The notes under the pieces were generated by a model. It ran no database searches, was not told the DNA's origin, and worked only from the letters and a program-made list of their open reading frames with translations. Of a DNA stretch of 64,000 bases, positions 58,090 to 64,000 are shown one piece after another; positions within the stretch are counted from its first letter, which is position 1, and each line of letters opens with the position of its first letter. Position numbers and translations under genes: made by a program. The DNA is from a plasmid, in sequence record OW849071.1; one strand, 5' to 3'.

Positions 58090-58863
58090 GTTGGAGTCAT
58101 TACCCTCAGAACCATTGTTAAAGCGGTACTGGGTAGATTTGAAGTCAATATCAGACCCCTCACTCTTATAACGCAGCATATTTAACAATTTGTCCATTTC
58201 AGTTCTCTTGCTTAGGTTTCATTAACATATTTTAAATAAGCCACTGTCTGAGTGATTGTGTCTGGTACGCAGAACAAACAGGACCTTCATTCAGTTGCTC
58301 CACTCAAACTGTGATTAGCTACTTCCGCTTTTTTCACAAAGCGGACGATATCCCGTTAAAGCGCTTGCATATACTGTAAAACAAAATTCAATACCCGGTA
58401 AAAGAAAGCTTGGCTTCCAGCCAGTAATATGAGGTCCTGTTTGCTTGTTGTACTGTCCCCTCATCCGTAGACAAATTTCATCCTCGCAGAGAGGCCTATT
58501 AGAAAGTCTTCGGGCTTAATCCATAGAGGAAGTTGTGGCGTCAGATATGATTGCAGGGCACTTCAATGTAATCAAATATATCCTGCCGGGCCATGGCCCG
58601 GGCTTGATATATTCACTTCCTTACACGCACTTATATGAGTAAACAAGAAACGATGCTGCCTTAGCATTATCCCAGCAATTGCTACTTTAGACATGCTTTA
58701 GCTCTAACATTGGAACAATACTACTCTTTTGTACCTTTGCCGATGTCGGCATGGTACTCACCTTCACAAATTCAATGACAGCCATATGGTAATTTTTTAC
58801 TAATTTTTGGCGCGCCATTATGAAGTTAGTCGAGTGACCTGCCCCCAGGATTAGATACAACCG

Positions 58864-59696
58864 TCAGTTAGTAAGGTCGGTTTGTTTACCTTCACATTTT
58901 ACATTTCGCCACCGTGCTGCAAACTCTGATGGCGTCTGATAATTCAGTGCTGAATGTGGACGACACTCGTTATAATCCTGCCGCCAGTCATTAATGATTT
59001 TCCTTGCGTGAACGATATCGCTGAACCAGTGCTCATTCAGGCATTCATCGCGAAATCGTCCGTTAAAGCTCTCAATAAATCCGTTCTGCGTTGGCTTCCC
59101 GGCTGGATTAAGCGCAACTCAACACCATGCTCAAAGGCCCATTGATCCAGTGCACGGCAAGTGAACTCCGGCCCCTGGTCAGTTCTTATCGTCGCCGGAT
59201 AGCCTCGAAACAGTGCAATGCTGTCCAGAATACGCGAGACCTGAACGCCTGAAATCCCAAAGGCAACAGTGACCGTCAGGCATTCCTTTGTGAAATCATC
59301 GACGCAGGTAAGACACTTGATCCTGCGACCGGTGGAAAGTGCGTCCATGACGAAATCCATCGACCAGGTCAGATTGGGCGCCGCCGGACGGAGCAGCGGC
59401 AGACGTTCTGTTGCCAGCACTTTACGACGTCTTCTGCGTTTTACGCCCAGGCCACTGAGGTGATAAAGCCGGTACACGCGCTTATGATTAACATGAAGCC
59501 CTTCACGGCGCAGCAACTGCCAAATACGACGGTAGCCAAAACGCCTGCGCTCCAGTGCCAGCTCAGTGATGCGCCCTGATAAATGCGCATCAGCAGCCGG
59601 ACGGTGAGCCTCATAGCGGCAGGTCGACAGGGATAAACCTGTAAGCCTGCAGGCACGACGTTGCGACATACCGGTCGCATCACACATCAGCATCAC
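58864..59696 (-). pseudogene. IS3-family transposase OrfB with -1 frameshift near the catalytic region (~59096)
   Basis: Frame breaks at GGGAAGCC (expected GGGAAAGCC). Restoring one A gives ..[43 protein letters not shown].. to a stop at 58864. Confidence 0.55.
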
Positions 59697-59719
59697 GGCT
59701 TCCCGCTTCTGGTCTGTCG

Positions 59720-59983
59720 TCAGTACTTTCGCCCAAGAGCCACCTGAAGCGCCTCTTTATCCAGCATGGCTTCGGCAAGCAGCTTCTTGAGTCTGGCGTT
59801 CTCTTCCTCAAGCGACTTCAGGCGCTTAACTTCAGGCACCTCCATACCGCCATACTTCTTACGCCAGGTGTAAAACGTGGCATCGGAAATGGCATGCTTG
59901 CGGCAGAGTTCACGGGCGGGTACCCCAGCTTCGGCTTCGCGGAGAATACTGATGATCTGTTCGTCGGAAAAACGCTTCTTCAT
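59720..59983 (-). CDS. IS3-family transposase OrfA (HTH)
   Basis: MKKRFSDEQIISILREAEAGVPARELCRKHAISDATFYTWRKKYGG... leucine-zipper C-terminus. Confidence 0.8.
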   Translation of the reverse strand: MKKRFSDEQIISILREAEAGVPARELCRKHAISDATFYTWRKKYGGMEVPEVKRLKSLEEENARLKKLLAEAMLDKEALQVALGRKY

Positions 59984-60535
59984 GGGGATGTCCTCATGTG
60001 GCTTATGAAGACATTACTAACATCGGGGTGTACTAATCAACGGGGAGCAGGTCACGAGCTATATATTGGCAATGTGAGAGTCAAGAGGCTGGATTTACAT
60101 CATAAGTCTTTCAAGAAGCTACCCACATGTATATCCCCGTCACTGTGGATAAACAATCTATTGAGTCTTATTCATCTGCATAACCTGTGATAAGTAATGT
60201 CTCTGAAATCCCCAGATCATACAGTGTGACGAAATGCATGATGTGGCTATGCTGATGACGGAATGATGTTATTCACCCTGGGTTGTGAAAATAGCCTGGA
60301 TTGGTTACTTGCCGGACGAAGGTCTGAACAGCGCGTAGCGGCAGCAATTGACCTTTAAAAACTGGAGGAGATTAAACCGAATACACTGCGAAATTTGACA
60401 AATTGTACTCAGTATACTCGGCTCTAATCCCGATCCATTACTATTCAATCGCCAGATATTTCAGTTCTGCTGCAAGATTATTCCGCTCTTCGTGATGCAA
60501 TCATGTCAAAAATCAGTTCGTCATTGACATCAATG

Positions 60536-61020
60536 CAACCATGGTCCCAGGCTGATAACCTGACCAACGATGCAGGTGGGACCGTGGTCCCAGGCTGGAA
60601 ACCTAAACAATGATGCAGGTGGGACCGTGGTCCCAGGCAGCTAAGCTGACCGACGACGCAGGTGGGACCGTGGTCCCAGAAAGATAACCTGACCGACGAT
60701 GCAGGTGGGACCGTGGTCCCAGGCAGCTAAGCTGACCGACGACGCAGGTGGGACCGTGGTCCCAGAAAGATAACCTGACCGACGATGCAGGTGGGACCGT
60801 GGTCCCAGGCAGCTAAGCTGACCGACGATGCAGGTGGGACCGTGGTCCCAGAAAGATAACCTGACCGACGATGCAGGTGGGACCGTGGTCCCAGAAAGAT
60901 AACCTGACCGACGACGCAGGTGGGACCGTGGTCCCAGGCAGCTAAGCTGACCGACGACGCAGGTGGGACCGTGGTCCCAGAAAGATAACCTGACCGACGA
61001 TGCAGGTGGGACCGTGGTCT
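60536..61020. repeat. sopC: sopC centromere: ~12 tandem 43-bp repeats each with GGGACCGTGGTCCC inverted repeat
   Basis: Period-43 tandem array immediately downstream of sopB; repeat core matches the F sopC SopB-binding site. Confidence 0.9.
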
Positions 61021-61111
61021 CAGAGAGAATATTTAGGCCAGTTATGTTTTCTGGCCTGTGAGAAAGGAAATGAAGTAAAGGGAGATAACCGTAGACTAAA
61101 GCGTGTCCGCA

Positions 61112-62083
61112 TCAGACTCCTGGTTTCTCAAGCTCCTTAAGAATGGCTTCTATTTTCTCTATACACTCCACAGGAATGCGGGACCTATCCAGATTAAGCA
61201 CCATTTTATCGCCCTTATACAATGCTGTTGCCCCTGGAGCAAACTGATGACGTGAGCTCAGATTAACCCTTGGAGAGGGAGATTGTTTCAGTACGGATGT
61301 TAAAAGACTAATGACCTCTTCAGCTTCAAAGATTAGTCCCGCTTTCTTCTGATCGTGGAGAGTCTCAGCCTGCTGCTTCAGTAATTCTTCTTTATCTGCA
61401 AAAGCCTTCTGAAGGGCTTCACCTGACCGGGCAGACAGTTCTCCAGGATGTGCAAACAGGGCAACAACGGATTTAGGAAGTTTGGCCGTATTAATACAGC
61501 GGGTAATGATCTTACGAGAGATGTTTTCCGCATCGGCAAGCGCAGAAATATTTCCTGCAAACTCATTCTGCAGCCGGCTTGTATAACGCAGGCCACGTTC
61601 ATAAGCACTCGTCGGCCGATAATCGTTACCCAGTCGGGACAATGCAGCCATCTGCTCATCGTCCAGTTCACCAACCAGAACGCGATAATCACTTTCCGTC
61701 AGGATTGCGGCTTTACGGCGACGGCTGCCGTCTGCAATTTCTATGACATCAGAAACCCGGCGGCCGAAAGCTGGAGTCTGCTGACCGGTCAGTAAAAATG
61801 AAGGAATGAGATCATCCAGAGCATCTTCGGTAAGTAGTTCCTGATCGCGCTCATTGCCTGACCATACGCGTGAAGCGCTCTCAACAGAGTCTCCCCGGAG
61901 CACCTCAAGGGTAAATTTTACTTCCCGTCCACATACCGGAAGAGAGATAGCATTACCTCGGGCCATAGCACCCACGCGCGCAATTAATGAATCCACCATA
62001 GGTGCGGCTGGCGCCGGTGATGAAGTATCTTCAGTCGATTGAGTATGTGTGGTATGTCTTGGAATGACAGGAGCACGCTTCAT
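61112..62083 (-). CDS. sopB: Partition protein SopB (ParB)
   Basis: 323 aa, near-identical to F SopB. Confidence 0.95.
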   Translation of the reverse strand: MKRAPVIPRHTTHTQSTEDTSSPAPAAPMVDSLIARVGAMARGNAISLPVCGREVKFTLEVLRGDSVESASRVWSGNERDQELLTEDALDDLIPSFLLTGQQTPAFGRRVSDVIEIADGSRRRKAAILTESDYRVLVGELDDEQMAALSRLGNDYRPTSAYERGLRYTSRLQNEFAGNISALADAENISRKIITRCINTAKLPKSVVALFAHPGELSARSGEALQKAFADKEELLKQQAETLHDQKKAGLIFEAEEVISLLTSVLKQSPSPRVNLSSRHQFAPGATALYKGDKMVLNLDRSRIPVECIEKIEAILKELEKPGV

Positions 62084-63258
62084 TATCTAATCTCCCAGCG
62101 TGGTTTAATCAGACGATCAAAAATCTCATTGCAAACAGGTTCCCATATAGAGAGGGCATTACGCCAGGCGCCAGTTGAAGAACGTTGATCAATAGCCTGT
62201 TCAAAAACGGTTCTCATACGGATCTGACCTTTACCGACTTCATCCGTTTCGCGCACAACATTTTTAAGGACCATGCTTCCCCAGGCATCCCGAATTTGTT
62301 CTTCCATCCACGGGGACTGCGAGCCGTTATTATTACTGTATTTAGTAAGCAGAATACGGACATCTGGCTCAAAGCCTTTAAGATCCACGTTCTTAAGCAG
62401 GTCACGCAGCATATCGAAAAACTGCAGTGCGGAGGTGTAGTCGAAAAGCTCTGCCGGAGTAGGGACAATCAGTACATCAGCAGCGCATACAACATTTATC
62501 GTACCGATACCAAGGTTGGGTGCACTGTCGATAACTATCACGTCATAATCATGAGCGATAGTTTCAATGGCCAGACGGAGCATCAGGTGCGGGTCAGCAG
62601 GTAATTTGCCTTCGTCAAATTTCCCCATCAGCTCGGTTTCAATGCGGTGCAGTGCCAGACAGGACGGGATGATATCAAGGCCAGGCCAGCAGGTGGGCTT
62701 TATAGCGTAGCTGGCGTCATCCTTTTCCCCAAGATAAAAGGGCAGGAGAGTGTCCTCAGCATGAATATGAAGATCGGGCACCCATCCGTGATACATAGAA
62801 GCAGTTCCCTGTGGGTCATTGCCTTCAACAAGCAGAACACGGAGTCCTTTCAGAGCAAGATCCTGAGCCAGGTGAACGGATACTGAGGTTTTGTAAACAC
62901 CACCTTTGTGAGCAGCAACACCAATCACCGGCGGAAACGCATCTTCAGCACGGCGCAGTCGTGTACCAAATACATCCCGCATGTGATTGATTTGCTCGAT
63001 GGTATAACCAACGCGTTGCTCAACTCTCCCACGGGTTTCCATATCAGGGTGCGGCAGCCGGCCAGCTTTCTCGGCATCCCTGATAGCCTGAGATGACACG
63101 CCAACTAAATCAGCTGCTTCACCAATCCTCCAGCGCCGGGTTATTTTCCGGGCTTCCGGACTGTCATCATTAAACTGCGCAATGGCGATTGCTTTCGTCA
63201 TTTCATGACCAGCACTTATGCACTGGTTGAGTGTATCCATGAGTCCCATACTGAACAT
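62083..63258 (-). CDS. sopA: Partition ATPase SopA (ParA)
   Basis: Near-identical to F SopA (..[13 protein letters not shown].. Walker A); stop overlaps sopB start. Confidence 0.95.
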   Translation of the reverse strand: MFSMGLMDTLNQCISAGHEMTKAIAIAQFNDDSPEARKITRRWRIGEAADLVGVSSQAIRDAEKAGRLPHPDMETRGRVEQRVGYTIEQINHMRDVFGTRLRRAEDAFPPVIGVAAHKGGVYKTSVSVHLAQDLALKGLRVLLVEGNDPQGTASMYHGWVPDLHIHAEDTLLPFYLGEKDDASYAIKPTCWPGLDIIPSCLALHRIETELMGKFDEGKLPADPHLMLRLAIETIAHDYDVIVIDSAPNLGIGTINVVCAADVLIVPTPAELFDYTSALQFFDMLRDLLKNVDLKGFEPDVRILLTKYSNNNGSQSPWMEEQIRDAWGSMVLKNVVRETDEVGKGQIRMRTVFEQAIDQRSSTGAWRNALSIWEPVCNEIFDRLIKPRWEIR

Positions 63259-63284
63259 CCTTTAATCTTCACTTTGCATTATTT

Positions 63285-63385
63285 TATTAAATCTTGGAAT
63301 TTATTGCAAAGCAACAATAAAAACGCAAAGTGCACGAAAAAGTGCAAAGTGAACCGCATTGGGTGATGCAAAGAACGCAGGGGAT
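63285..63385. promoter_or_regulatory. sopA promoter/operator with four GCAAAG (CTTTGC) SopA-binding repeats
   Basis: TTGCAAAGCAAC, CGCAAAGTGCAC, GTGCAAAGTGAAC and GATGCAAAGAAC upstream of sopA, as in F. Confidence 0.55.
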
Positions 63386-63394
63386 TACAAAAGA

Positions 63395-63960
63395 GTACAT
63401 ACCGCAGTCAATATTAATCACTGCCGCTCGCCGCAGTAAGCGATCTCACGGAGTGAGAAAGCGGCGAGGAAGCGGAAAATCACAGAATTCACAGATTGCA
63501 CGTACGTCGGGTTGCTAAAGATGGCTCTGGATAAGCCAGTTATAATGAAATTGACTGCGGTATGTAATATATTGACTATGGTATGATGCTTACCGCATCT
63601 GTGTCGAGAAAGAGGAAAGACGACTCAGCATACCGCAGTCAATGTTTCATTGTTGTACCTGTAGATCTCAATCTTCCAGAGCGTATTCAGGAAAATCAGG
63701 CCAGGGTTCTGGATATCTGGTATGGCGCTTCCGGCCTTGTATCTGGGTTATTCATGGTCTCGATCCAATAATTGATCCCAAGGAGATCATAGTGAGATCC
63801 AAAAGAGATCCCCGGATCGCTCCAGCATGCGCTGTAACTGGCTTTAACGTCTGTCTGGATCGACTGCGGAATGTAAAATGTTGACTGTTATATGCATAAT
63901 CTAATACTGTGATATGCAACGGTATTTACAGAGGTATGTATATCCGTTGACTGCGATACG
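63395..63960. repeat. Iteron-like repeats (TACCGCAGTCAAT motif, direct and inverted), putative incC-like region of an adjacent RepFIA-like replicon
   Basis: At least three good copies (63403, 63545 inverted, 63630) plus degenerate copies near 63885 and 63945; region partly resembles F sequence between incC and sopA. Confidence 0.3.
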
Positions 63961-64000
63961 TATTACTACATCCTTTTGTGGATAACCGTTGAGGATCAAG

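Larger units (their letters stand above)
57339..58104 (+). mobile_element. IS1: IS1 insertion sequence
   Basis: Starts GGTGATGCTGCCAACTTACTGAT and ends AAGTTGGAGTCATTACC; InsA/InsB' frames with A6C slippery site ~57647. Confidence 0.9.
58846..60055 (-). mobile_element. IS3-family insertion sequence (IS2/IS407-like), orfB frameshifted
   Basis: Imperfect terminal IRs TGACCTGCCCCCAGGATTAG (58846) and TGACCTGCTCCCCGTTGATTAG (revcomp at ~60055); orfA + orfB arrangement. Confidence 0.7.

Noticed and set aside
60536-61020. Possible CRISPR array
   Set aside because: The 43-bp units are nearly identical throughout, including the would-be spacers, and each contains the GGGACCGTGGTCCC palindrome. This is the sopC centromere, not a repeat-spacer array. 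There are no cas genes.

Overview
This window is an F-like (IncF) conjugative plasmid segment. Nearly the whole transfer region lies on the minus strand. The evidence below is direct reading of the six-frame translations (family-specific motifs, some recalled F-plasmid protein sequences) plus gene order; no database search was possible.

Layout, from low to high coordinates:
- 1..1360: an IncFII-type replication control module (repA1 running off the window start, the tap leader peptide, the copA antisense RNA, copB/repA2).
- 1474..4436: a small cluster of nuclease-like accessory genes (PLD-family Nuc, a DUF2726-like protein, a NYN-like protein).
- 4597..40514: finO, traX, traI, traD, then an almost complete F-type tra operon from traT back to traM (traT, traS, traG, traH, trbB, traQ, traF, trbE, traN, trbC, traU, traW, trbI, traC, traV, traB, traK, traE, traL, traA, traY, traJ, traM) and the finP antisense locus.
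- 40548..40930: oriT, with an R100/F-type nic motif.
- 40938..48800: the leading region. It starts with the orf169 lytic transglycosylase and orf273. It then carries two ~0.6 kb GC-rich palindromic repeats that I interpret as Frpo-like single-strand promoters. These sit upstream of minus-strand genes for an orphan DNA methyltransferase, a large DUF3560-like protein, several small proteins and a possible ArdB/KlcA-like anti-restriction protein. This is the layout expected of a leading-region anti-defence island.
- 48963..52952: a ~1.9 kb group II intron (RT/maturase with YADD) inserted 1 nt from a perfect LexA box of a umuDC-like (pol V) operon, followed by an orphan YafN-like antitoxin.
- 53197..56426: a lower-GC module with two translationally coupled DUF262 genes, one of them a DUF262+DUF1524 (GmrSD-type) fusion. 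This is the most interesting candidate system in the window: a putative two-component type IV restriction or defence system.
- 56936..60055: a truncated gene fragment abutting IS1, an IS1 copy with no target-site duplication, and an IS3-family element whose orfB is frameshifted.
- 60536..64000: an F-type sopC/sopB/sopA partition locus and diverged iteron-like repeats running to the window end.

Other oddities:
- repA1 looks frameshifted at a T5 run.
- A low-GC island of seven small membrane ORFs sits between traV and traC.
- Extra ORFs lie between traW/traU, traT/traD and traN/trbE.
- ~66-bp terminator-containing direct repeats flank traT.
- There is a 24-bp in-frame tandem duplication inside the intron RT.
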